A DNA stretch of 63,983 bases, the filler included, from Octopus bimaculoides (lineage: Eukaryota), in assembly GCF_001194135.2 (NCBI RefSeq). It is 9 parts of 9 records of this genome, joined end to end, with 100 filler letters (N's around TTAATTAATTAA, not from the genome) between each part and the next. Parts side by side here need not be neighbours in the genome. Positions count along the whole stretch, not along the records: positions 29,699 to 42,413 come from NC_068981.1; positions 42,514 to 48,327 come from NC_068991.1; positions 48,428 to 54,294 come from NW_026361930.1; 6 more parts are not named here. One strand, written 5' to 3'. The position numbers and the translations under genes were made by a program. Under the pieces are notes generated by a model. That model was not told the DNA's origin, ran no database searches, and was given only the letters and a program-made list of their open reading frames with translations. Shown here piece by piece: positions 39,457-51,585 of this stretch (the stretch's first letter is position 1; the number at the start of each line of letters is the position of its first letter).

Positions 39457-40344
39457 ATTATAAAAAACATTTTCTATTATATATACGATTTTGTCATTCG
39501 TTATTACAAATGCTCAACGATCCACTTTTTAGCAATCGCTTTTAATTACATCGGTTGCTGACAATCTAAATATTACGAACCATAAAATATTTCAACCAAA
39601 TAGGAATTTTATATCGATTCAGTTTTTTTTGTTTTTTAATGAATATTAGATTTATTTATAATTCTAAACGAAATTATAATAGCTATCGCTATTCAGTCAC
39701 AATATAATATTTGTAAAATTCAAGTATAAATAAAATGAAAACATTTTCTGCTTTTCTGGTCTGATGACTTGGAAATGTTTTGGTCTGGTTGTTTAGAATT
39801 AATAAGAATATTAACTTCTGAAATCAAATGGAATAAATTGAAAATTTCTATGGAGAGTGATATTGTTACTTGAGCTATTTAACTTATATAGTTTCGTTTA
39901 AATTTGATATTTATTATATGATTTGCTGATTTTGTTTTAAAGGAAAGTTAATTCTTCAATATGATACACCGATCTTAAAAAAAGTCTTTATAACTAAAGT
40001 TACTCTTTTTAATAGTTTAATAGTTTTGACATTATGTAAAAAAAAAGCAGTTCAGCCTTAGGCTTCTGGTTTGTTGTTTTTTCAGTTTCCTTCCAGTGAT
40101 TTCCGTTACGAACTTTGTATTCGTAAATTTGTAAGCATTTAGAATATACTGTACAATGAAGCATATATTTAACGTCCTTCAAACTATATAGTATAATTTT
40201 TGAATTTACACTCATCCTATATATGTATTAATCTCACTTTCTCCTTTTTATCGTACACACAAACACATATACATACATGTATATATGTGTGCTGTGTATG
40301 TTGTATATATATATATGTGTGTATGTATGTATGTATGTATATAT

Positions 40345-40389
<45 letters not shown>

Positions 40390-40539
40390 GAAGGGCAGTC
40401 GTAGTTGTATGATAAGAGGTTTGCTTCCGAACCACATTGTTCCTTGTTCTGTGCCACTGCATGATACTGTAGCCTCGGTCCAGCCAAAACCTTGTGAGTA
40501 GATTTGGAGGACGGAAAATGTAAAAAGCCTGTCATATAT

Positions 40540-40609
<70 letters not shown>

Positions 40610-41237
40610 GAACAGGCTTTAATCATAAGTATATACATATACATAAATATAAATATATAAACAGACACACCGAGACACACACATGTATGTCTAAATATTT
40701 ATAAATAAATATGTACATATACNNNNNNNNNNNNNNNNNNNNNNNNNNNNNNNNNNNNNNNNNNNNNNNNNNNNNNNNNNNNNNNNNNNNNNNNNNNNNN
40801 NNNNNNNNNNNNNNNNNNNNNNNNNNNNNNNNNNNNNNNNNNNNNNNNNNNNNNNNNNNNNNNNNNNNNNNNNNNNNNNNNNNNNNNNNNNNNNNNNNNN
40901 NNNNNNNNNNNNNNNNNNNNNNNNNNNNNNNNNNNNNNNNNNNNNNNNNNNNNNNNNNNNNNNNNNNNNNNNNNNATGTACATATTTATTTATAAATATT
41001 TAGACATACATGTGTGTGTCTCGGTGTGTCTGTTTATATATTTATATTTATGTATATGTATATACTTATGATTAAAGCCTGTTCATTTTACACACACACA
41101 CACACACTCACACACACATACGCACACATACAGATAAATATATATATTAATACATTTTCATGTGCGAGTACACCCTTGTGCCTACGCGCGCTCGTGTCCT
41201 TATGTATGTATGTACGTATGTATGTATGTTTGACACT

Positions 41238-41560
41238 GGTCTCATGAGTCATTTTCGTAGTCACAAAGCAAGACCGATGATTGACTACTAGGCCGCTGGT
41301 GATGATGCTACACACCATACTAATCATGTCTGTCGGGCATGTGGAAGGGAGTGTGATTCAGCAGGAAAACTTAAACAACATGCAAAGGTACATGGAGCCC
41401 AATTAGAACAGCCAGCTATTGCCAGTAAAGGTTTTGGATGCTAACTCTGTTCAAGGCATTGTAGATCTTTGGCTGGGCTAAAAAGTCACAATGGATCACA
41501 GCACCGTTAAGTTAAGCTTCGTGCAATGGCCATACTCGATAACGAGGAGGCAGCCATCAT
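41238..41560 (+). mobile_element. Probable RTE/BovB-like LINE 3' end with C2H2-type zinc fingers (pseudogenised)
   Basis: GLMSHFRSHK..*..VCRACGRECDSAGKLKQHAKVH..FGC*LCSRHCRSLAGLKSHNGSQHR*: two in-frame stops, CxxC..GLxSH motifs without TGEKP linkers, then a short 3' UTR (atggccatactcgataacgagg). Confidence 0.55.
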
Positions 41561-42358
41561 GTATATATGAATATATACGCACATTAGTATTTTCAAAGTA
41601 ATTGAAGTAAACTACTGGTTTTGGTTTGAAACATTATTTCCGACATTATATCCTGAAGAACCTTCAGAACGAAGACCACTGAGCACCAGTTCAGAGATGT
41701 TCGGGAAATGTAGCCACATCAAAAAGCATTTTTACGGAAATGAGTAATACTACATTCTCCGCACGAAAACGACACAAATGAACGGATATTTGACATTGAA
41801 ATTGCTACACATATTTTCTTGAGTTTTGCTATCCCTTTCTTAATCAAACTTTCTTTTTCTTTCTCTCTCTGATTTCGTTATGTTTGTCCCAAAATTCTCT
41901 TTTCTTATCCTTCACCACTATCATATTCGTAATATGCTCTTCGTAGTATATCGTCACCTTAATTATTACGTTATATAGTTCTTCCTCGGGTCTAACAAAA
42001 AAAAAAAAAAAAAAAAAGAAACATTTACTTAAAACATTCAACGCTTAACTTCAAGCATTAGTATCGAAATAACTTACCTACTAAAAATTATTCACAATAG
42101 CGGAAGCAGAAACATACCCATGTATTCATCACGTCCTACAGCCGCACGGCTGTATTTTGTTTCTATATCTATATTTATCTTGGTTGTATATTCATGTTTG
42201 TGCCATATTTCTTTACGTCACTGTCCCCAACATTATGAGGTTTGAATGGAGGCATGAAATGAAAACTTGTAGTAGCTGTGAATATTACTGGTATGGGTTC
42301 ATAAATATAAATGCTGGCCTACTTTTTTTATATCTTGTATATGCATACATTCACATAT

Positions 42359-42413
<55 letters not shown>

Positions 42414-42816
42414 NNNNNNNNNNNNNNNNNNNNNNNNNNNNNNNNNNNNNNNNNNNNTTAATTAATTAANNNNNNNNNNNNNNNNNNNNNNNNNNNNNNN
42501 NNNNNNNNNNNNNGACGATGATGATGACGATGATGATGGTACTGGTGTGGTAGTGAAGATATTGGAGTGGTGGCGCTGTAGAAGGTGGTTGTCATGGTAG
42601 CGGTGCACAGTTGTGGTGGTGGTGGTGGTGGTGGTGTGTAGTATTGGTAGTAATGATGGAGGATGTTGGTGATGGTGGCTGTGGTTGCGATGTTTTGGGG
42701 AGGAGGGTCATCGGGACCGTTAAGATTTTTGGGAACACGTTTCGAATGTCCCTTATTATCATATATCTACTTGATCAGGGCTCATACGAAGCTAAACAAC
42801 ATCAACAACAACAGTT

Positions 42817-43199
42817 GCGCAAGCGTACCTGTGTCACGAGTAGGTTACTTCCCAGCCACATGGTTCTGGATTCAGTCCCATTGCGTGGCACCTTGGGCAA
42901 GTGTCTTCTACTGTAGCTTTGGGCTGATCAAAACCTTGTGAGTGAATTTGATAGACGGAAACTGAAAGAAGCCTGTCGTATATATGTAGATGTAGATGTT
43001 TGTGTGTGTGGCTTGGTCCCCACCACCGCTTAACAACCGGTGTTGGTGTATTATGTCCGTGTAACCTAGCGGTTCGGTGAAAGACACCGATAGAATGAGT
43101 AGCTGGTTTCACAAAAGAATGATAAATGATTTGTTCGACTAGATTTCTTCAAATTGGTGCCCCAGCATGGCCGCAGTCTAATGACTGAAACAAGTAAAC
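42817..43199 (+). mobile_element. Full-length SINE family C
   Basis: ccacatggttctggattcagtcccattgcgtggcaccttgggcaagtgtcttctact..gacggaaactgaaagaagcc, short internal microsatellite, 3' end cagcatggccgcagtctaatgactgaaacaagtaa. Confidence 0.88.
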
Positions 43200-44416
43200 G
43201 ATTCTAACAACATTATTGAAGAAACGAATGTCTTTCCCCCTTCGTGGTCATTCGAACTGCTAGAAATAACAGCTAAATGTTTTTGCAATCACAGCGGACA
43301 GTCTTCAAATCTGTAAGACACACCGCAGCATAAAGANNNNNNNNNNNNNNNNNNNNNNNNNNNNNNNNNNNNNNNNNNNNNNNNNNNNNNNNNNNNNNNN
43401 NNNNNNNNNNNNNNNNNNNNNNNNNNNNNNNNNNNNNNNNNNNNNNNNNNNNNNNNNNNNNNNNNNNNNNNNNNNNNNNNNNNNNNNNNNNNNNNNNNNN
43501 NNNNNNNNNNNNNNNNNNNNNNNNNNNNNNNNNNNNNNNNNNNNNNNNNNNNNNNNNNNNNNNNNNNNNNNNNNNNNNNNNNNNNNNNNNNNNNNNNNNN
43601 NNNNNNNNNNNNNNNNNNNNNNNNNNNNNNNNNNNNNNNNNNNNNNNNNNNNNNNNNNNNNNNNNNNNNNNNNNNNNNNNNNNNNNNNNNNNNNNNNNTG
43701 GCGTTGTCGGTTGTAGTGGTAGTGGTGGTGGTGGTGGTGGTGGTGGCGGCGACTCTGATGTTGGTGGTGTTAGGGTTGGCGTTGGGTGTAGCGATGACGA
43801 TGGCGGTGGTTCCGATAATGGTGGTGGTGGTGGTGGTATTAGTTTCGGTGGCGGTGGTGGCGGTGCACAACTGCGATGCTTGCCAAATTTCCTACCAAAC
43901 ACCATCTGCTCTGCACAATGGTTATGAATAATGAAAAGTTTTTAAGCATCGACTAAATGTTGTGTTCTGTTTCTATTGGCGGCCCAGTGGTGATCAGGGG
44001 AAAGCGATGTCCCTTTACTAGTGATAACTTCTGATTGAGACACGCTATAAAGAGCAAATTTGTTGGCAGCTAGCATTGTAATATGTATTCTGAAAAAATA
44101 TAATTCAGAAATAAATACAAAGACACACAGAAATAAATAGGATTTTGGTCGATTAAGTCAGTTCACGACGCTCATTCGTCAGGTCGTTTTTTATTTCTAT
44201 CGTGGCATTAAAGAATTACTTTAAAACAATCGATTTTAATTTTATTGTAATACATCGGAAGCAGTTATGGGAGGCGAGGAGCCTGGCGGGGGAGAATTCG
44301 ATAACAGTTATTTGTCGGAGATACAGTACAGGTAACTCCAAGATATACAATTTAAGGGGAGGTTACACTGAAAAGAACAAATCGAAACAACAGTAAAATA
44401 ATAATAATAATAATAA

Positions 44417-44625
44417 TGGTTTCAAATTTTCCCACAAGGGCAGACATTTGGGGCGAGAGAATGTGTCGATTACTTCAACACCAGTATTCAACTGGTACTT
44501 ATTTTATCGACCCCGGAAAGATGAAAACCAAAGTCGACTTCGGCGGAATTTGAACCAGAACGTAGTGACGGGCGAAATACCGCTAAGCATTTCGTCCAGC
44601 GGGCTAACGATTCTGCCAGCTCGCC
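44417..44625 (-). mobile_element. SINE family M, full length, between (AAT)n tracts
   Basis: Head ggcgagctggcagaatcgttagc (plus-strand gctaacgattctgccagctcgcc, about 44603-44625), core and ttgaaaccat tail. (ATA)n on both flanks. Confidence 0.88.
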
Positions 44626-44632
44626 AATAATA

Positions 44633-44684
<52 letters not shown>

Positions 44685-44721
44685 TGATGATGATGCTGAC
44701 GACAACGATGACGACGACGAC

Positions 44722-44754
<33 letters not shown>

Positions 44755-44755
<1 letters not shown>

Positions 44756-45145
44756 CACCCGAAAGCATTATTGAAAATGATAATGCAAAGATCCTGTGGG
44801 AATTTATGATTGAGTGCAACGATGAGATAGAGATCAGGAAACCAAATATAGGGATAATTGAGAAAAGAGAGTAAACAGTGCGATATTATGGATATAGCAT
44901 GTCCAGCTGACAGGCAAAGCATGCGATAAAAACAGAAAAAAAGTGGAGGGATATGACGGGTGAGGAAGTGAAACAGTCTGAAAAAGGTGGTCGTAATTTG
45001 AAAGATTGTCCGAGCCTTAGGAGCAGTAAGTAAAGGTGTTGAGAAGCACGTTAAACAAATAGGGGTTGCAATCCGGGTGGAGCACCTGCAGAAAACAGCA
45101 TTGCATAGAACAGCTCGAATATTCTGGAGGGTGTTTGAAAAATAA
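44755..45145 (+). mobile_element. Second, more decayed R4/Dong-like 3' fragment
   Basis: PESIIENDNAKILWEFMIECNDEIEIRKPNIGII, MDIACP, RALGAVS, IRVEHLQKTALHRTARIFWRVFEK*: homologous to 17111-17848. 5'-truncated in a (AAT)/(GAT)/(GAC) tract. Confidence 0.85.
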
Positions 45146-46102
45146 GGGGTCTTATTTCAGTTTGTTGGTGTTAAGGAGAGTAGGTGCAAAAACACGATAA
45201 CGCCATACGACGCCTATCGTATGAAGTGAAGGTTGTCGGAGAAAGATACGCCGTGTGGAAGTCTCCGACTAAATCGCTGACAACAAACATCAACCTCTAT
45301 GCAAGCACCTTTACCAAAATCTAATATTCTTTTATTATCAGAATTTGGAGCCAGCAGTTGTCTATTTTTTCAATATTTCTTCTTTATTTTATTTATTTAT
45401 TTATTTATCTTTTGTCACAAGCATGACAAAAATATAAAGTATTTAGTATTTTCATTGAAATCTTCACTGTTTTTCTCTCTTTCCCTTCCTTACTCGTGCC
45501 CTCCCTCACTCATTCGCCGCCACCACCCCCGCCTCTCCCGCAGTTTCTAGCCCTGCCCGTCCACCTCTCACTTTATTTCGGTTCATGGCCACTTCCAAAT
45601 AGCGTAGAAAAGCAAATAAAATATGAAAAGTTTGAATTATGAAAGATAAAACTTGAACATAGTCGTGTATTTAATGAAACATGAAACGAAAGCTGTTCCC
45701 CGTATATACAAGCGTGTATGTATGTATGTATGCATGTATGTATGTATGTATGTATGTATGTATGTATGTACGTACGAATGCATATTTATCTATATATCTT
45801 TGTATCTATGTATCTCTATGTGAATCTATGTTTGTTTATTTGTATGTCGATATGTATACATGTTTGTTTACTAAACTAGCTACCCATATCGCTATTAAGT
45901 TTATTTACATCTATAACTAAGTTGTTATGTATCTAATATTGTATTTACATGAATTAAAACACACTCTATCACGCACTTCCATATACATAAATGTAGGCAC
46001 ACATACATATAAACACGTACGAACGGTTTAGGAAGACGTCCACATATACAACAGGTGCACATAAATATGCAGCTACAAACACAAGCACGCAATACACACA
46101 CG

Positions 46103-46135
<33 letters not shown>

Positions 46136-46409
46136 GTATATATATACATACACACATGTACACACGGGTACACGTACGTAGTAGCCATATTTAGAGACAG
46201 CTGTGTGCAGTTACAGAGATGCGTGGTGAGTCACCCTGAAAGAATTTCCACGATATCATTGGCTGTTAAAGATTATAAACCATGATATCAATGATATCAC
46301 ATCTGTAGTTCCGAGATGTACTTTTACAGACACACGCCATAAAGACACGCACCATACAGACATACATTCATATGCATATAAACACAAATATATAGACAGA
46401 CAGACAGAC

Positions 46410-46466
<57 letters not shown>

Positions 46467-46510
46467 TGCATACATATACATTAATACAAATAAATCCATT
46501 CATCCATATA

Positions 46511-46575
<65 letters not shown>

Positions 46576-48287
46576 GCATATACGGGTACACACACGCACA
46601 CACACACACACACGTACACACACGGACGCACACGGACGCACACGGACGCACACAGAAAGAGAGACGGAGGAGGGAAAGTAATTACATCACGAGAGAGTCA
46701 TTTTGGCCATTAACTATTTAACAATAGAGAACCCTTTGTCCTTCCAGGTATAAAACTAATCACTCAAATCCCTTCTCAATCCTTGTTTATTCATTCTCCT
46801 TCTATCCTTCCTCCGCCACCAGCAAAAGGCTCCACGCGAAACATCGCCACGACAAAACAAACATTAGTCAATAATACACTGACGGATAAGCTGACCAACC
46901 CACAGAATAATGCAGACTCCACTCATAAATTGAAAAAAACCCAACATGAAATATTAAACAAACGTATCACTGTACTTCATGAACTAAATGCACCCTGGTT
47001 CTGCCGGGTATTTACACTATGTAAAGACATGACTGGTGAAACAGAACACAATAATCATAATATACATTCATAATTATAAAAAAATGCCAGCGTTTAGAAT
47101 TATGATTTGAACAGAAAACCACTGCGGTTGCTATATAAACATGCGTTAGTTGCATTAATTATTATATGTTAAAATCATTTCAAAATTAAAAACCTCTTTA
47201 TTAAATGCAAGCTACGAGGTTCCAGACTAATGAATAACCATACTTCAAATGACTAATTAGTGACTAATTAATGTAATTTACGGATTTGTATGCAAATGTT
47301 GAAGCTGTAAAATCCATGACCTGAGCATGTAACAATTGCCAGACTTGTACGTGTTTATTTTCAACCGACAATGCATCTATAACAAGCAGACATTGCAATA
47401 CATTATGTTAGAAAAACCGAAAATAAACTAGAAAGAAAAATATAAAACAAAAATTGCTTGATCATGTGATCATTCTATGAAGGATTTCCAATAAAAAAAA
47501 AATAAGCATCAACTTAATCATGCAATAAATATGAATAACTAAACAGAATGCAAGAATTAACACACAAATACCGCACTAAATGAACAAACCAAGACCAGTT
47601 CGAGATTATTGAAATAAACCTAACGTTGGTGGTCAAATATTTTCTTTAACCATTTGTAACTACGTCATTAAAACGCTATTCATCAAACCAACGAGGAAAT
47701 CTCTACGTAGTCGCTACACTTTTATGAAATTATTTGTTTTAAATGATAGGATGGTCGTACCGCTGGTCATAGCTCTGACTGATCATAACTGACTTGGAGC
47801 AAATGAACAGAAACATCTTTGGCATGGTAAATGTATGAACAAAATACACAGCGGCATTATATCAGGCCTTTAAAATTCAGAGTTCAAATACCGCTGGAGT
47901 CAATTTTGCCTTTCAACCTCTCTTGATCTCCATAGTACATACACACATACATACCTGCATGCATACACACACATACATACAGACAGACAGACAGACAGAT
48001 ATGCATGCATAAATTGGTAGCATAATATATATATATAATGAATGGAAAACCGAGACATTAGCTTGATATGGTCAGTAAAAATGAAGTTATATTGTTTCAT
48101 ACCAATTAAGGTGTTACATCTAAGTTCAGGAATTCAACATTTCTCCTGTTTTTCTGTGAACATGAATGTTAACAAAAGAAATGTTTCCCTTTGTCGAACC
48201 GCAAGGTTGCCGAGACGTAAACACACCAACACCACGTGTCAAGCGGTGGTGGGGGACAGAGACGCACACACACACACACACACACAC

Positions 48288-48327
<40 letters not shown>

Positions 48328-48917
48328 NNNNNNNNNNNNNNNNNNNNNNNNNNNNNNNNNNNNNNNNNNNNTTAATTAATTAANNNNNNNNNNNNNNNNN
48401 NNNNNNNNNNNNNNNNNNNNNNNNNNNATATATATATATTTATATATATATATATATGCATGTTTGTATGTATGTATCGCCATTCTTGAACGCTAGCTTT
48501 TTTATCCTCTCTGTGTTTATTTCCTCATGTTCCTTTCTGTTGAAGCGCCTAGGCTCAAAACATAAAAAATTTTCTCATCTTCCTAAGCATTAAACTAAAA
48601 CAACCTGTTTGTTGTTTCCATTGACTTAGCTACACCATTATTTGAAACCTCCTCTGATATGTGGCATTTGATGAATGAGGAACCCTTAACAGGAAGAGAT
48701 GCAGTTTTGTTTTAAAGACACATCTACACCATGCAGGTCTCTCAGGTATTTTGGAAGGATAAAAAAGAGCCGTGAGCCCTTAAAGCCCAAGCTGTTGCAG
48801 TATCTGGTCCTGTATTTTGATGGTAATGCTGAGATTAAAGAAACGATAAAGAAGAGACAACTGGAAATACTTTATTTTTGGTTTTGTTTTATCCCTCTTA
48901 GAATATATAGTAATAAA

Positions 48918-49118
48918 GATTTTTAAATTTTGGCACAAGGCCAGCAAATTTAGGGGTGGTGGCTTGTTGTTTACATTCACCCCAATGTTTAACTGATTCT
49001 ATTTTATTGATTTTAAGGATAAGTCAACCTTGGCAGAATTTGAACTCAGAACGTGAAGACTGATGAAATGCTGCTAAATATTGTAACTGGCGGGCTAATG
49101 ATTCTGTCAACTCGCCAT
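48918..49118 (-). mobile_element. SINE family M in the intron just upstream of the VAMP exon
   Basis: aaattttggcacaaggcc tail, ggcagaatttgaactcagaacg, ctaatgattctgtcaactcgcc head. Confidence 0.8.
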
Positions 49119-49204
49119 CTTAAAATAATAATGAAAATGTGATTTCATTTTTATTTAGAAATATATTTTCCTCTCTTAATGATTATTTTCTTAATTATTT
49201 TTAG

Positions 49205-49335
49205 GTCTGTTCCAAATAACGACCACATTGTTCGACTAAATGAACAAGTTAATGAAGTTACTCGTTTGCTTAAGACCAATGTTGAAAAGATTGTTGAGCA
49301 TGGAGATCGACTTGACAATCTGCAGACACGCTCAG
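49205..49335 (+). CDS. VAMP: Internal coding exon of a synaptobrevin/VAMP-family R-SNARE (VAMP4/VAMP8-like; subfamily unresolved)
   Basis: T-rich tract plus AG acceptor (ttatttttag, AG at 49203-49204) and donor G|gtaaat (GT at 49336). Translation SVPNNDHIVRLNEQVNEVTRLLKTNVEKIVEHGDRLDNLQTRS aligns without gaps to the R-SNARE motif (cf. VAMP2 [30 protein letters not shown]). The exon starts in phase 2 and ends in phase 1. Other exons were not confidently located. Confidence 0.88.
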
Positions 49336-49415
49336 GTAAATGTTTTATTAAATCAGAAAATAGTAAAAATAAGCCCAAAATTCAAGATTGTTATATGGAA
49401 AATAAGTTAATATTA

Positions 49416-49479
49416 TGTATGAGGTGGTGTCTTTTGTATGAGGTGGTGTCTTTTGTATGAGGTGGTGTCTTTTGTATGA
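49416..49479 (+). repeat. 19-bp tandem repeat x3.4
   Basis: Three perfect copies of TGTATGAGGTGGTGTCTTT plus TGTATGA. Confidence 0.95.
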
Positions 49480-50046
49480 TGCATTTCCTTTACAGGTGAG
49501 TTCAGCAGATATGGGTTGAGTAGTTCCACCCATGTGTAGTGATTAGTATCACTATCAGATGGTTAACTGTTGATATTATTGTTTCTCCAATACCAGCATG
49601 AAAGATCACTAAAACATAGTAATGGCTTGTTTTACTACATCTGCTGCAAAACATGGTGTTACCACATGTTTTAATCTGTCACTTCTTCTTTCATCAGCAT
49701 CTACTTAGAATATTTGCACTACCAACTCTGGCTTTTTATGACATCCATTTGGATCATACTCAAGGATTAACTGTTATACATACTGCAAATATCTCCTAAT
49801 ACATCTGTTGTGCGCTAGGATAATTAGATTTACTTATTCATTTCTAAATATTATAATCATGGATTATTGTTTCATTTTCTGTGGTTCTATGTCTAATAGT
49901 CATGTACAATAATGTTCAGAGAATAATAGTGGTTTTGACACCTGTGACATCCTGTCATGACAATTCATCAGGGAAATAGTTCACTGGAGAGAAAAGAATT
50001 GCTATGTAAATATGAATTTGAGTTGGATCACGAAAACTTCAATATG

Positions 50047-50279
50047 TTCTTATTTCTTTATTGCCCACAAGGGGCTAAACATAGAGGGGACAAACAAGGA
50101 CAGACAAAGGGATTAAGTCAATTACATCGACCTCAGTGCATAACTGGTACTTAATTTATCAACCCCGAAAGGATGAAATGCAAAGTCGACCTCGGCAGAA
50201 TTTGAACTCAGAATGTAATGGCAGACGAAATACCACTAAGCATTTCGCACGGTGTGCTAACATTTCTACCAGCTTGCCC
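50047..50279 (-). mobile_element. SINE family M variant with a distinct LINE-like 3' tail
   Basis: Family M head and core at about 50118-50279. Tail (minus) gacttaatccctttgtctgtccttgtttgtcccctctatgtttagccccttgtgggcAATAAAgaaataagaa. Confidence 0.85.
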
Positions 50280-50356
50280 CTTTTCTCTGGAACTATCAGA
50301 CAAACTTATATCATTCATATATAAAAACCAAGTTATAGCTTTTAGTTTTACATGTT

Positions 50357-50505
50357 ATGGCTGTGTGGTTAAGAAGTTCACTTTTGGACCCTATGGTTAG
50401 GGGTTCAGTTCCACTGTGGACACACTTGGCTGGTGACTTGGACAGTAGCTATAAGCTGAACAATACTTTGTGAGTGAAATTGGTTGACAGAAACCAAAGA
50501 TCCCC

Positions 50506-50520
<15 letters not shown>
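50357..50520 (+). mobile_element. SINE family C 5' half; other partial copies at about 40390-40535 (+) and 61890-62045 (-)
   Basis: tggctgtgtggttaagaagtt..gggttcagttccactgtgg..tactttgtgagtgaaattggttgacagaaac, then (TG)n. Confidence 0.75.
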
Positions 50521-50542
<22 letters not shown>

Positions 50543-51585
50543 ATGCACACACACACACACTCACACACATATATATGGAAAAAGTGAAAGGGATACAGTG
50601 AACTTGCCATGAGGAGTGGAATGTCCAATGTTTCGGATTCAATCCTTCATCAGGGGCAGAGAAAAAGAGAAGAAAAGGAGAAAAAAGTCAGAGTTTACAT
50701 CCTCTCAGCTTAAAAAATTGGCTGCAACTGATAATGGACACAGAATAACACAGGCTTCTAACGTGAAACAGAAGTTATAGGAGAGTGCATGCAGAAAGGA
50801 AAAGGGTGGTGGAGAGAGTAGAGGTAAGTAAATACAGGAATATTTCAAGTCTTGCCAATGCAGAGCTATCTGATTATTGCCTGATTATTACATATTTTTT
50901 ATCGGATGAATGTAAGTTCGCCCTGAAAGCTTGTATAGAAATAATCAGTATATGACCTAACTTATTAAACAAAGTTCAACAAATTCATTCATATTTATGT
51001 AATGGAGGAGATTAGATGTTAAAATGGATTATAGTTTTTATTTTTCATATTGCTATACAATTGTTTCGTACAAATGGACTAAGATTTTCATAAATAGAAA
51101 ATTGTAATAATCATATTTGCAATCTTCAATAGCTGATACAAAAACTAAAAGAGACATTTGAAGTACATAGATTTTTTTCTTATTTATCATTTTCGGATTA
51201 GTATATTTGTTCTTCTAGTCATGTCTATTTGAATCAAGACTAAAAAATATATTAAGTGGGTGCTAATATATGTAATATTAAAAACTGACACTCTCTCTAT
51301 GAAATCCAATATGTGTCTCTATTTAAAACTCCTTAAATGAATTTTATTACTGGTCAAGCTGTATTTGTATGTACGTTGAGAAATACCAAATAAGGAGGTA
51401 TATGTATTTTCAAATACATACTTACTTTTTACTTAACCGTCAGTTTTCCTTTTGACTTGAGATATTTTTAGAAACATTGGTGATTAGTACTAGTATTAAA
51501 GAATAATTTCTGGTTTATAAAATTTATAATTTAAGTATTTATTGTTCTATATTTAAGAGATGAGGAATTATTTACATTATATGTC

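Noticed and set aside
41238-41510. Host C2H2 zinc-finger gene
   Set aside because: In-frame stops, no TGEKPY linkers, and CxxC..GLxSH fingers followed by a short UTR fit a LINE C-terminus better.
48693-48745. Candidate upstream VAMP exon (ag|GAAGAGATGCAG..CTCAG|gtattt; EEMQFCFKDTSTPCRSLR)
   Set aside because: Phase is compatible with the 49205 exon, but the acceptor is weak and the peptide resembles no VAMP N-terminus I recognise. Needs RNA evidence.
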